Positions 1-7,338 are shown, numbered from the stretch's first letter. The stretch is DNA of 12,983 nucleotides from a virus (IMGVR_UViG_2802429224_000017:1-12983); one strand, 5' to 3'. Notes: generated by a model from the letters alone, not told the origin. Program-made: numbers and translations.

Positions 1-260
1 TTTTTTTAGATTTTCGTGCGCTTGATCGGATATATGATTTTTGCGGTTTTTGTTCGTTTTTCGGTTTTCGGTGGTCGCTGGTCGCTGGTCTGGCAGCATA
101 GGATCATCCTTTTTCGAAAATCAATGCTTTTTTTTGGAAAGTGCTTAAAAATTATCGTGCTGGCTGAATCAATAACCAGCAAAGGGTATTAAGTGTGGGT
201 GCGTTGAGGATGCCTGACACATCAGAGATGGCGGGAGATTACTCCCCCGCCTAGTCACTC

Positions 261-416
261 TTACTCTCTAGATTCGTAGTCTACGAAAACAGCGACCTCC
301 GTCTGGCCGGTTCGGATTCGTACCTCGCAGAGGTCTTTCCTCATTACCAGCGCCATCGCAATGACGGTTAAACAGATGACGATCAGGGCGATTAACATCG
401 CCTTTTGCTGCTTCAT
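261..416 (-). CDS. hok: Hok/Gef-family type I toxin, 51 aa small membrane protein
   Basis: Translation MKQQKAMLIALIVICLTVIAMALVMRKDLCEVRIRTGQTEVAVFVDYESRE is near-identical in length and sequence pattern to E. coli HokD/RelF and Gef as I recall them; single hydrophobic helix then conserved CEVRIRTGQTEVA motif; SD AAGGAG about 9 nt upstream of ATG at 416. Confidence 0.85.
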   Translation of the reverse strand: MKQQKAMLIALIVICLTVIAMALVMRKDLCEVRIRTGQTEVAVFVDYESRE

Positions 417-473
417 AGCCTGCTTCTCCTTGCCTTTCGGCACGTAAGAGGCTAACCTGATGTTGTCATGCAT
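261..473 (-). CDS. mok: Mok-like in-frame N-terminally extended reading frame overlapping hok (70 aa)
   Basis: In-frame ATG 19 codons upstream of hok ATG (MHDNIRLASYVPKGKEKQA + Hok) with GAGG 8 nt upstream; mirrors the mok/hok arrangement of known hok loci where Mok is an in-frame extension coupling hok translation (recalled, not verified). Confidence 0.45.
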   Translation of the reverse strand: MHDNIRLASYVPKGKEKQAMKQQKAMLIALIVICLTVIAMALVMRKDLCEVRIRTGQTEVAVFVDYESRE

Positions 474-590
474 AGGGAGCCTCAGATTAATGTTAAGCGT
501 CTTGCCGGACGCATAATGTTAACTGGGGCTTTTCTCTATCTGCCTTTTGGTGTTCATGCCTGAGACAGATAGCCTCAAGCACCCGCAACA

Positions 591-618
591 ATTCTACAAA
601 AAATCATCTCAATTTCAA
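591..618 (-). promoter_or_regulatory. Sigma70-type promoter (TTGAAA-16 bp-TAGAAT) immediately downstream of Q stop, reading toward hok; probable hok mRNA promoter
   Basis: On minus strand -35 TTGAAA (plus coords 613-618), 16-bp spacer, -10 TAGAAT (591-596); predicted start about 584 places the RNA 5-prime end at a sequence complementary to the region just beyond the hok 3-prime hairpin. Confidence 0.5.
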
Positions 619-620
619 TT

Positions 621-1031
621 TTACTGTATTTCTGCAACCGACCTTCCGGATGAGCCGCGCCCAACATATCTGTCCATTTCCAGTCTGATATCAAGCATCA
701 TCAACATCCCATCAACTACCCCTTCAGCCTTTTGCAATAAACGTCCAACCCAGCAATCGGAACGCCCATGCTTCTTTGCTAGTGCCATGAACGTCATTCC
801 GAACACATAGTAATCAACCAGTAAGTCATGTAAATCTTTGTTGTTCTTATTCAGCCTGGACATGCACCCGCAAATGACCATTGCGTCATCATCACTACAT
901 TGCGGACGTGATTTAACCTTTGACGGAATCAACCCCTTAAATCCGGCAGCAATGGACGACCAAGTAACATCCTCGTGGTTATTTGCCACCCATGCCCCCC
1001 ACCGTTCTAAAACCATCTGAATATCACGCAT
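621..1031 (-). CDS. Small Q-like late antiterminator (Phage_antitermQ-type, QuuD-like), 136 aa
   Basis: N-terminus [35 protein letters not shown] and Cys-rich [13 protein letters not shown] core match my recollection of small Q-family antiterminators of E. coli cryptic prophages; position downstream of the replication genes fits Q. Not verified by search. Confidence 0.6.
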   Translation of the reverse strand: MRDIQMVLERWGAWVANNHEDVTWSSIAAGFKGLIPSKVKSRPQCSDDDAMVICGCMSRLNKNNKDLHDLLVDYYVFGMTFMALAKKHGRSDCWVGRLLQKAEGVVDGMLMMLDIRLEMDRYVGRGSSGRSVAEIQ

Positions 1032-1288
1032 CAGCGCAGTACCTCCTGCACCAGTTTTTCAAACTTACCAACTTTGGTTTCCAGCTCTGCCACACAATCC
1101 ACCAGCTCATCCACTGCTTTTTGTGCGCGATGTTTTGCCTGCATCAGTTCCCTGAGCGCTGGCACCATATCCCGACGAATGGCATCTTTTGTTACACCTG
1201 ATTTTTCCAGTTGTTCCGCCTGTCGCAACATTTCCTGTGCCTGTTTACGTAATTGCTCAGGGGTAAAAGTCATTGTCTGGTTGCTCAA
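1031..1288 (-). CDS. Hypothetical small coiled-coil protein (85 aa; alternative start at 1273)
   Basis: ORF on same strand as flanking genes, start overlaps DnaB-like stop (ATGA) and stop overlaps Q start; charged, helix-rich sequence; no recognisable family. Confidence 0.45.
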   Translation of the reverse strand: MSNQTMTFTPEQLRKQAQEMLRQAEQLEKSGVTKDAIRRDMVPALRELMQAKHRAQKAVDELVDCVAELETKVGKFEKLVQEVLR

Positions 1289-2676
1289 AAGAAACGCTCC
1301 ATCTTACTGCTGTCAGTTCGTTTGTTGCTGTATCTGCGCGGCTGGGGCTGCTGCATTGGGGTGGAAAGAATCTGTGCGCTTTCCTGATCCACAGGCAGAA
1401 AATGTCCGTTATAAAAACGCCGATAAATCGTCCCCAGAGAACCGTTACGTTGTTTCGTGATATTGATTTCTGCGATGCCCCTGGCCTGCGTATCCGGGTT
1501 GTACACTTCATCCCTGTAAAGCATCAGAATGATGTCTGCATCCGCCTCTATTTCTCCGGAATTTTTCAGGTCTGAGTTCATGGGGCGTTTATTGGGTCTG
1601 AACTCCACACCGCGGGAGAGCTGGCTCAGCGCAATCAACGGAAAACCACCGGATTTTGCCAGGCCTTTAAGCCCCTTTGAGATTTCACCAACGGCAAGGT
1701 CATGACGCCCCGTGGTTCGGGTTTTTATCAGTCCGAGATAATCAACCACCACCAGCGCCGTTTCCGGATGTTTAATCAGGTGGTGTTTCGTTGTTGCGCA
1801 TATCTCGTCAATGGTCAGGTTCGCCTGGTCCACCATCCAGATATTGCGCCCGGTCATCCGCCCCACTCCTTGTGAGAAACGTGCCCAGTCTTCGTCTTCA
1901 AAGTGAGCGACAGATTTCAGGCGTGATACCGGCATTCCTCCAGCCGCAGATACCATGCGTTCACCAATCTGGATGTTCGCCATTTCCATTGTGAACAGAA
2001 GAACACCATGCCCCTGCTCAGTCACCTTGTCGATGATATCCAGCGCCAGTTCGGTTTTGCCCATTGACGGACGAGCCGCAATAAATACCAGGTCGCCGGG
2101 CTCCATGCCGCCTGTTTTTGCGTCCAGTTCATCAATACCGGTCATCAACGTTCTGGATTTTTCCAGTCCCTGATTCCGGCATTCAACACGCTCAACCACT
2201 TCCGGAAGCACATCATCAATATGTACCGGCTGAATAACGCCCTTTTCCGTCGACAATGAGGCCATCATGTTCTGCGCATCCTTCAGGGCATCTTCAGCCG
2301 CTTCACAGGTATGCGCATCACGTAATTTCTGCAGCGCCTCATTCAGCGTTTTTTCTGCATCGCGCAATGCGGCATTGCGACGCAACGCCGCAACATAGTG
2401 CTCCAGTGAAGACTTCACCCAGGTTTTACGCCCGGTATCAGTAATCACCGGAGCAAGTTCCGGCATCTCATTACACAACAGCACAGGATCAATCACACCT
2501 GAAACACGGGCCTGTCTGCAGATGCCTGTGTAGATATCCCGATACGCTCGTACAGAAAAAACGTCCGCTGGCAGTGTGGCCAGAATATCCAACACTTCAG
2601 GATCTGCCCCACGCAGAAAGAACGCGCCAATGACAGCGCCTTCAAGGTCATCGTTACGCCAGACTGGTGTTGTCAT
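1285..2676 (-). CDS. DnaB-like replicative DNA helicase (463 aa from ATG at 2676)
   Basis: Walker A GDLVFIAARPSMGKTELALDI, later LVVVDYLGLI and RecA-fold motifs typical of the DnaB family; SD GAGGTG upstream of ATG 2676, which overlaps the stop of the upstream loader gene. The track start at 2715 is probably too far upstream. Confidence 0.85.
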   Translation of the reverse strand: MTTPVWRNDDLEGAVIGAFFLRGADPEVLDILATLPADVFSVRAYRDIYTGICRQARVSGVIDPVLLCNEMPELAPVITDTGRKTWVKSSLEHYVAALRRNAALRDAEKTLNEALQKLRDAHTCEAAEDALKDAQNMMASLSTEKGVIQPVHIDDVLPEVVERVECRNQGLEKSRTLMTGIDELDAKTGGMEPGDLVFIAARPSMGKTELALDIIDKVTEQGHGVLLFTMEMANIQIGERMVSAAGGMPVSRLKSVAHFEDEDWARFSQGVGRMTGRNIWMVDQANLTIDEICATTKHHLIKHPETALVVVDYLGLIKTRTTGRHDLAVGEISKGLKGLAKSGGFPLIALSQLSRGVEFRPNKRPMNSDLKNSGEIEADADIILMLYRDEVYNPDTQARGIAEINITKQRNGSLGTIYRRFYNGHFLPVDQESAQILSTPMQQPQPRRYSNKRTDSSKMERFF

Positions 2677-3563
2677 GCAGCCACACCTCTGATATGTACA
2701 CGGTAGCTTTCCCAACCAAACACCAGGCAGTTACGCCCACCATCAGTAACGCGATCCACAATCCGTTCACCAATGGACTCCTTAAGCTGGTCAAACGTCA
2801 GATTGCTGATCAAAATTGTCGGTAAAACGCTTTCGTAACGTGCATTGATGATTTCCTGCAGGATGGTTATCTCTGTTGGCGTACCGAACTGCACACCAAC
2901 CTCATCGATGATGAGCAGGTCCAGCGATACAAAATGGTCAATAACTTCATCTTCAGTGCGTTCAGAATTGTGACGCCAGGTATTTTTCACAGCGCGGGTC
3001 AGTCGCATGACATCCGTAATTTCGACAGTCGCCAGGTGGTGGCGAATAATATTTTTTGCCATTGATACAGCCAGGTGATTTTTCCCGGTACCGCAATTGC
3101 CAATCATGATCATGCTGGTACCCGCAGCAAGACACTTCTCCCATGAACTGGCATAGCGCCGACAAGCCTCAAGATTTCTCTGTGCGTCAGCATTCACAGC
3201 CTGGTAGTTCTCAAACTCGCAGTCCTGGAAGCGGCGGGCAATACCAGCTCTGTCAAGTAATTCATGAACTTTCAGGATGCGTAACGCCTCCTGTACCTGA
3301 TCCAGTTCATTCGCAATGCAGATCGGGCAACCAGACACCCGTTTGATGGTTTCCCCACGAACATCTGGCCCTTTCAACACCAGACGTGTGTATTTCCCGT
3401 GTTTCTCACACTCAGCAGTTTCCTCGCTTGTCAGCCAGTGTTCACAGCGCCACGGACGCTTCCCGGCACGGGCAAACTGCATCTCCTCCTCCAGTTCCGC
3501 CCTGCGGTTGAGCAATTGCGCTTTGTCGTGTTGTGCGTAGTGTTTTTTTAACTGTTCAAACAT
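2673..3563 (-). CDS. DnaC/IstB-like AAA+ helicase loader with Cys-rich N-terminal region (296 aa)
   Basis: Walker A GNCGTGKNHLAVSMA and Walker B LLIIDEVG; N-terminal CEHW...CEKH...CPIC arrangement suggests a zinc-binding module; SD GAGGTGA 7 nt upstream of ATG. Confidence 0.8.
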   Translation of the reverse strand: MFEQLKKHYAQHDKAQLLNRRAELEEEMQFARAGKRPWRCEHWLTSEETAECEKHGKYTRLVLKGPDVRGETIKRVSGCPICIANELDQVQEALRILKVHELLDRAGIARRFQDCEFENYQAVNADAQRNLEACRRYASSWEKCLAAGTSMIMIGNCGTGKNHLAVSMAKNIIRHHLATVEITDVMRLTRAVKNTWRHNSERTEDEVIDHFVSLDLLIIDEVGVQFGTPTEITILQEIINARYESVLPTILISNLTFDQLKESIGERIVDRVTDGGRNCLVFGWESYRVHIRGVAA

Positions 3564-3582
3564 TGTTCATCACCTCGAAAAA

Positions 3583-4392
3583 TCACCAGTTGAAGTTCGT
3601 TGAACCGTAGTCCTGCTCACTGAATCCCGAGATCGGGAGGCCGGTAGTTCGCCTACCTCCAGGAGCGGCTGGCTGTTGCCAGGATTCCTCGAAATGGCGA
3701 TCGGGTCCAAAGAACGTCGCGGCCTGCTTCACGAACTGTGTGCCGGTATTTCCTGTAGCACGTACCCAGGCGGCATACCGCTTCACGCCATCAAGCATGG
3801 TCTCCGGTTTTATTCCCTCCCTGATACGGGCTTTCCAGGCTTTGAAGGCTGCTGACTTGGAATTGCCACCAGCACGTTTGGGATATTCCTGCCAGGCCTG
3901 TTCAAATTCCGGTGAATATTCCTGTCGGGCAGAACGCGCTGGTGCAGACGCGTCAGCGGATGCGCCAATAGTTGATTCATTGACTGGTTCTTTGACTGGT
4001 TCAAAAGAGTGACTGGTTCTGGGTGAATCTCCTGCACTACCCCCTGGTGCAACTCCTGCACCACCTGGTGAATTTGCTGCACTAGGTAGTGAATTATTTG
4101 CACTACCACCTGGTGAATCTTTTGCACCATCAAGACGAAGAAGATAAATATTGCTCGAGTTCCCTTTTTCACCTTTCCGGGAAACTTTTTTTACCAGTCC
4201 AGATTCACAAAGAGCCGTAATATGATTCATCACAGAACGTTTGCTAATCTCGCACTGATCAGCAATATGCTGATAACTGGGCCAACACTCGCCCTGATCG
4301 CTGGCATTATCAGCCAGCTTAATCAGAACCAGTTTTCGCAACGGATTTCCCACACGAATTTTCATCGCTTTCACCATCAGGTCCATGCTCAT
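3583..4392 (-). CDS. Phage replication initiator-like protein: N-terminal winged-HTH domain, Pro/Gly/Ser-rich linker, C-terminal domain (269 aa)
   Basis: N-terminus LRKLVLIKLADNASDQGECWPSYQHIADQCEISKRSVMNHITALCESGLV is a typical replication-protein winged HTH; gene lies immediately upstream of the DnaC-like and DnaB-like genes; the linker is encoded by iteron-like DNA repeats. Confidence 0.6.
   Translation of the reverse strand: MSMDLMVKAMKIRVGNPLRKLVLIKLADNASDQGECWPSYQHIADQCEISKRSVMNHITALCESGLVKKVSRKGEKGNSSNIYLLRLDGAKDSPGGSANNSLPSAANSPGGAGVAPGGSAGDSPRTSHSFEPVKEPVNESTIGASADASAPARSARQEYSPEFEQAWQEYPKRAGGNSKSAAFKAWKARIREGIKPETMLDGVKRYAAWVRATGNTGTQFVKQAATFFGPDRHFEESWQQPAAPGGRRTTGLPISGFSEQDYGSTNFNW
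3981..4130. repeat. Iteron-like direct repeats inside the initiator gene (candidate origin of replication)
   Basis: Five roughly 22-bp direct repeats with consensus TGGTGAAT-n4-TGCACTACC at about 4020, 4044, 4065, 4087 and 4109, preceded by three copies of TGACTGGTTC (3981, 3993, 4010). This resembles the lambda arrangement of ori iterons within gene O. Confidence 0.5.
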
Positions 4393-4613
4393 AACACACC
4401 TCCCAGGCGTTTAAACATTTTTCCGGACTGAAACGCCATCAACGGATAGCTAATGGTGTAGTTACGCCCCAGTAATTCACACACAACTTTCTGGCTTTCG
4501 GTGCTGACCAGGCAAACACGCAGAACGTAGCCGTTGCTGGTGGCGAACCACTGCCCCACACGGGGGCAACGGTTGTATCGGTGACACAGGGAATTAACGA
4601 TGCGACGAATCAT
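4389..4613 (-). CDS. Hypothetical small Cys-containing protein (74 aa from ATG at 4613)
   Basis: ORF translationally coupled at both ends (ATGA overlaps with the 220-aa gene upstream and the initiator gene downstream); no family recognised. Confidence 0.4.
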   Translation of the reverse strand: MIRRIVNSLCHRYNRCPRVGQWFATSNGYVLRVCLVSTESQKVVCELLGRNYTISYPLMAFQSGKMFKRLGGVL

Positions 4614-5272
4614 GGGCGCACCTCCCATTGATTACGGCGGAAAGCGGTGTGACTGAGACTGGTTTCAGCCTCATGAAATGCTTCAATACAGCTCTCGTAG
4701 TACCGCATTGTGCGCAGACTTAACCCAAGCTGAAGCATCATCAGGCCATCAAGGGTGATGTAATAACCACGCAGGGAGTCACCATAGATGTGATAAGTGC
4801 CCGGTATGAAATTGCGGGTAAAAAAATCGCGCGAGCAGTTCAGATACTCGATTTTGTCGACGATGTTCTGGTGCATGCGCTTGAAGTGGCAGGCAACATG
4901 CAGGGAGAAAATAACAGCTTTGCCGTTGACGACTTCGATTTTCAGGTATGGGGAAGTTGGGACTGTAGCCATGATGGCAGCCTCCGATAACAGTGAATTA
5001 CCTTCACCACCGGAAACGCCAATTTCGCTGGTGGTGAACTGAACGGGGTTGGCGTAACCGGCGTTATCGGAAACCGGCGCACCTTTCGGTGCCCCCGTCC
5101 AGCCCACCATAATTTGGGTGTGCGCAGACGCAGACGACAAAAAAGACGCTGGCGCGTCATATATCGCCGATAACATTTCCAGGACGCCAATCCCGGCACC
5201 CGCTTTATAAGGTGCAGGGACAGTGTAACGTCCCGAAATTGCAGAATCAATATTTAGGCTTGAAACATTCAT
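4610..5272 (-). CDS. Hypothetical protein (220 aa), Gly/Ala/Ser-rich N-terminal half
   Basis: Longest ORF in the interval, same strand as the operon, stop overlaps the next start; no recognisable motifs. Confidence 0.5.
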   Translation of the reverse strand: MNVSSLNIDSAISGRYTVPAPYKAGAGIGVLEMLSAIYDAPASFLSSASAHTQIMVGWTGAPKGAPVSDNAGYANPVQFTTSEIGVSGGEGNSLLSEAAIMATVPTSPYLKIEVVNGKAVIFSLHVACHFKRMHQNIVDKIEYLNCSRDFFTRNFIPGTYHIYGDSLRGYYITLDGLMMLQLGLSLRTMRYYESCIEAFHEAETSLSHTAFRRNQWEVRP

Positions 5273-5350
5273 ATGCTTACTGGTATTTTTATTGATGTTC
5301 TTGGATTCTTGGGCCTGCTTTATGCAGTTGCCTGTATCAACGTTGAGCGA

Positions 5351-5375
5351 GCCGGGTCACTACCCGGCTTTTTTT
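5351..5375 (+). terminator. Intrinsic terminator-like hairpin (GCCGGGT-CACT-ACCCGGC followed by T7) in plus-strand orientation
   Basis: Perfect 7-bp GC-rich stem at 5351-5368 followed directly by TTTTTTT (5369-5375) on the plus strand, abutting the Rha stop codon; on the minus strand the hairpin is preceded by an A-run, so it may act bidirectionally or end an antisense RNA. Confidence 0.45.
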
Positions 5376-6082
5376 CACCGCTGCCAACCAATAACCTGAA
5401 ATAACCCCATTTTCGAGTGATACCAGCGAGTCCCTCGCGGTTCTGCTTCCTCCATAACCCGATAAAAAGCAGCCATAAACGGTTCCACGGCAACAATTGC
5501 ACGACGCGACAACAATCCGTCCGGCGTCATGAACTCGTGGGTATCGGTAGGAATTTGATAGGCATTCACCAGATTGCGGCATTTATCATCTGACAAACCG
5601 GTTTTCGCTTTCAGTTGGCGATATCCGGCATAGCCCTCACGAATGGTGCCCTTTTTGATTTGCTCAACTGTTTCGGCAACGTGGCTGACTTTTTCTTCCA
5701 CCTGAGTGATCCGTTTCTGCTGACGAACAGCTTCAAGAGCCATCGCAGCAACCATTTCGATTTCGCTCATTGGCTTACGGATCTGTTCTTCCAGTTCGCG
5801 CCAGCGATCTACCAGGCGAGCAGTGAATTCAGGACAGAGCTGTGCGACGACAATGATGCTGTCGCGCTTACCTTGTTCTCCTTCAAACAGGTAATGCTCA
5901 TATTGAACTTTAAAACCTAAGTTATTGATTCTTTCGGAAACCTCAATTTGAGGAGACCGGACAACGCCACCTTTGGCTAATGTTTCAATAGTGCGTTTCA
6001 CATTGTCATGACGTTTACCCACCAGCTCTGCAATTTCAACGCTGGTCATGGATACTTTGCCGTTAAAAATTGCGGTGTTCAT
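5375..6082 (-). CDS. Phage regulatory protein, Rha family (235 aa)
   Basis: N-terminus VSMTSVEIAELVGKRHDNVKRTIETL matches the conserved Rha (Phage_pRha) signature; sits directly downstream of the cro-like gene; SD AGGAGA upstream, start overlaps cro-like stop. Confidence 0.8.
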   Translation of the reverse strand: MNTAIFNGKVSMTSVEIAELVGKRHDNVKRTIETLAKGGVVRSPQIEVSERINNLGFKVQYEHYLFEGEQGKRDSIIVVAQLCPEFTARLVDRWRELEEQIRKPMSEIEMVAAMALEAVRQQKRITQVEEKVSHVAETVEQIKKGTIREGYAGYRQLKAKTGLSDDKCRNLVNAYQIPTDTHEFMTPDGLLSRRAIVAVEPFMAAFYRVMEEAEPRGTRWYHSKMGLFQVIGWQR

Positions 6083-6369
6083 TGTTTATCTCCTGCGTGT
6101 ATTCCATCCGCTCTGTGTGGTGAACTTGGATTTAGGCTTTTGCGTAACAAGTTAGGAATTCCATCTTCAGGGTGAGGATAAAGATCTGGCCTTAAGCCAT
6201 GAGGCGTAACCTTCCATGCAACTACTTCACATACTCGTAAAACGAAACGAGCAGGAATTGTGCTTTTTGAAAACCACTGATTCACCGCTTGCGGCGTCAC
6301 ACCAAGATTTCGCGCTATGGCATTTTGCGCAATTAATGCACGAAGTTTGTCGTAATCATTTCCTTTCAT
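6079..6369 (-). CDS. Cro-like HTH regulator of the YdaS type (96 aa)
   Basis: NLGVTPQAVNQWFSKSTIP...GLRPD resembles YdaS/Cro-type small HTH proteins; divergently transcribed from the cI-like repressor gene across a 133-bp AT-rich intergenic region. Confidence 0.65.
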   Translation of the reverse strand: MKGNDYDKLRALIAQNAIARNLGVTPQAVNQWFSKSTIPARFVLRVCEVVAWKVTPHGLRPDLYPHPEDGIPNLLRKSLNPSSPHRADGIHAGDKQ

Positions 6370-6502
6370 AACAAAGCACCAATATTAACTTTATAAATCA
6401 AGAATACATCAAGTTTAAATTAACATGCAAGTTGCAAAAGGATCGAATACACTAAAATCAAGTAAAGATTTATCCTTGTAAAGAAACCCACAGGATTTGG
6501 TC
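6370..6502. promoter_or_regulatory. Immunity-region intergenic control region (divergent cI-like and cro-like promoters, candidate operators)
   Basis: AT-rich 133-bp spacer between divergent repressor genes; repeated ATCAAG(T) motifs at 6397, 6408 and 6457 and the palindrome TGCAAGTTGCA at 6428-6438; exact -10/-35 elements not assigned with confidence. Confidence 0.5.
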
Positions 6503-7192
6503 ATGAAGAACGTCAAAAACACGGAAAATCGAATAGCCGCGATGCTGAAAGCAAAAGGATGGACTCAGGCTCAACTGGCCCGCAAGTTAGGTGTGAGTGC
6601 GCAATCAGTGCAGTACTGGACAACAGGAAAAACATTTCCACGGAGTGATAAGCTCGCGCATTTATCAGAGATTAGCGGTTATCCACAATCCTGGTTCTTA
6701 GGTGAAGACACCTCACCAACCTTTTCCTCGCAAGAGAAACACCAGACAAGAACAGATAGCGTCGTGTTTAATGTCCTTGATGTTGAGTTTAGTTGCGGTG
6801 ATGGAACTCATGTCCGTGGTGACTTGATAGATGTAGTGCGCTCAATAGAACTTGATCCTGAATATGCCCGACGTCTTGTTGGAAATCGGGCATTCAAAAA
6901 TATAGAAATAGGTAACGCCAGAGGAGACAGTATGGCTCCCACAATCTCACCTGGCGACCTTCTTTTTCTTGATAAGACAGTAACTTATTTTGATGGCGAT
7001 GGTATTTATGCATTTTGTTTTGATGGAGAATGCTACGTGAAAAGGCTTCAAAAAATTGGAAGCAAAATCATGGTGTTATCTGATAACCCCAATTATCAAC
7101 CATGGAGCATCGAAAAAGAGGGGTTAGCTCTGCTTTATATCCAGTCTAAAGTGATCTCATCAGTACCATTCAACATAAACAGATTTGGTTAG
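6503..7192 (+). CDS. cI-like prophage repressor (N-terminal XRE-type HTH, C-terminal LexA/S24 autopeptidase domain), 229 aa
   Basis: HTH WTQAQLARKLGVSAQSVQYW; C-terminal GDSMAP (catalytic Ser) and CYVKRL (Lys) dyad typical of LexA/cI/UmuD; AGGA 6 nt upstream of ATG at 6503 (the track used TTG at 6497). Confidence 0.9.
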   Translation: MKNVKNTENRIAAMLKAKGWTQAQLARKLGVSAQSVQYWTTGKTFPRSDKLAHLSEISGYPQSWFLGEDTSPTFSSQEKHQTRTDSVVFNVLDVEFSCGDGTHVRGDLIDVVRSIELDPEYARRLVGNRAFKNIEIGNARGDSMAPTISPGDLLFLDKTVTYFDGDGIYAFCFDGECYVKRLQKIGSKIMVLSDNPNYQPWSIEKEGLALLYIQSKVISSVPFNINRFG

Positions 7193-7203
7193 TCTTTGAT
7201 TTT

Positions 7204-7226
7204 AACGGGCTTTGCCCGTTTTTTTT
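7204..7226 (+). terminator. Rho-independent terminator downstream of the repressor gene
   Basis: AACGGGC-TTT-GCCCGTT hairpin (7204-7220) followed by a run of 8 T, 12 nt after the repressor stop codon. Confidence 0.7.
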
Positions 7227-7256
7227 CTGCCTGAAATATACGATATCAATTTTTTC

Positions 7257-7285
7257 TTGACAGCCTATTTCCCAAAGCATAATAT
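7257..7285 (+). promoter_or_regulatory. Near-consensus sigma70 promoter (TTGACA-17 bp-TAATAT), pL-like early-left promoter
   Basis: TTGACA at 7257-7262, 17-bp spacer, TAATAT at 7280-7285; dyad ATCAAT-n7-TTGAT (7292-7308) overlaps the predicted start and is a candidate operator. Confidence 0.6.
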
Positions 7286-7338
7286 CGCACCATCAATTAT
7301 AACTTGATTTGATTCAATTTAAAATTGTTGGTGGATAT

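Noticed and set aside
159-180. Weak hairpin GCTGG-n12-CCAGC
   Set aside because: Short stem with a long loop and no flanking T-run; not distinguishable from chance.
301-325. tRNA-like T-loop motif (GGTTCGGATTCG)
   Set aside because: Lies inside the hok coding sequence, lacks the GTTCRANYC consensus and no cloverleaf can be drawn; no tRNA gene identified anywhere in the window.
1074-1460. Plus-strand ORFs of 128 aa and 100 aa (1273-1575) overlapping the Q/85-aa/DnaB region
   Set aside because: Shadow ORFs antisense to well-supported minus-strand genes; Cys/Ser-rich low-complexity translations; no SD.
3981-4130. Possible CRISPR array
   Set aside because: Repeats are about 22 bp and degenerate, with no unique spacers of uniform length, and lie inside a coding sequence; consistent with iterons, not CRISPR.
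3810-4172. Minus-strand 120-aa ORF with repetitive HQVVQ-type sequence
   Set aside because: Alternative frame through the iteron-like DNA repeats inside the initiator gene; repetitiveness is a by-product of the DNA repeats, and the initiator frame with the HTH domain is the coherent one.
5273-5404. Plus-strand 43-aa hydrophobic ORF starting at the CATATG that also forms the minus-strand start codon
   Set aside because: Runs through the terminator hairpin and into the Rha gene antisense; no SD; more likely non-coding, possibly part of an antisense RNA.
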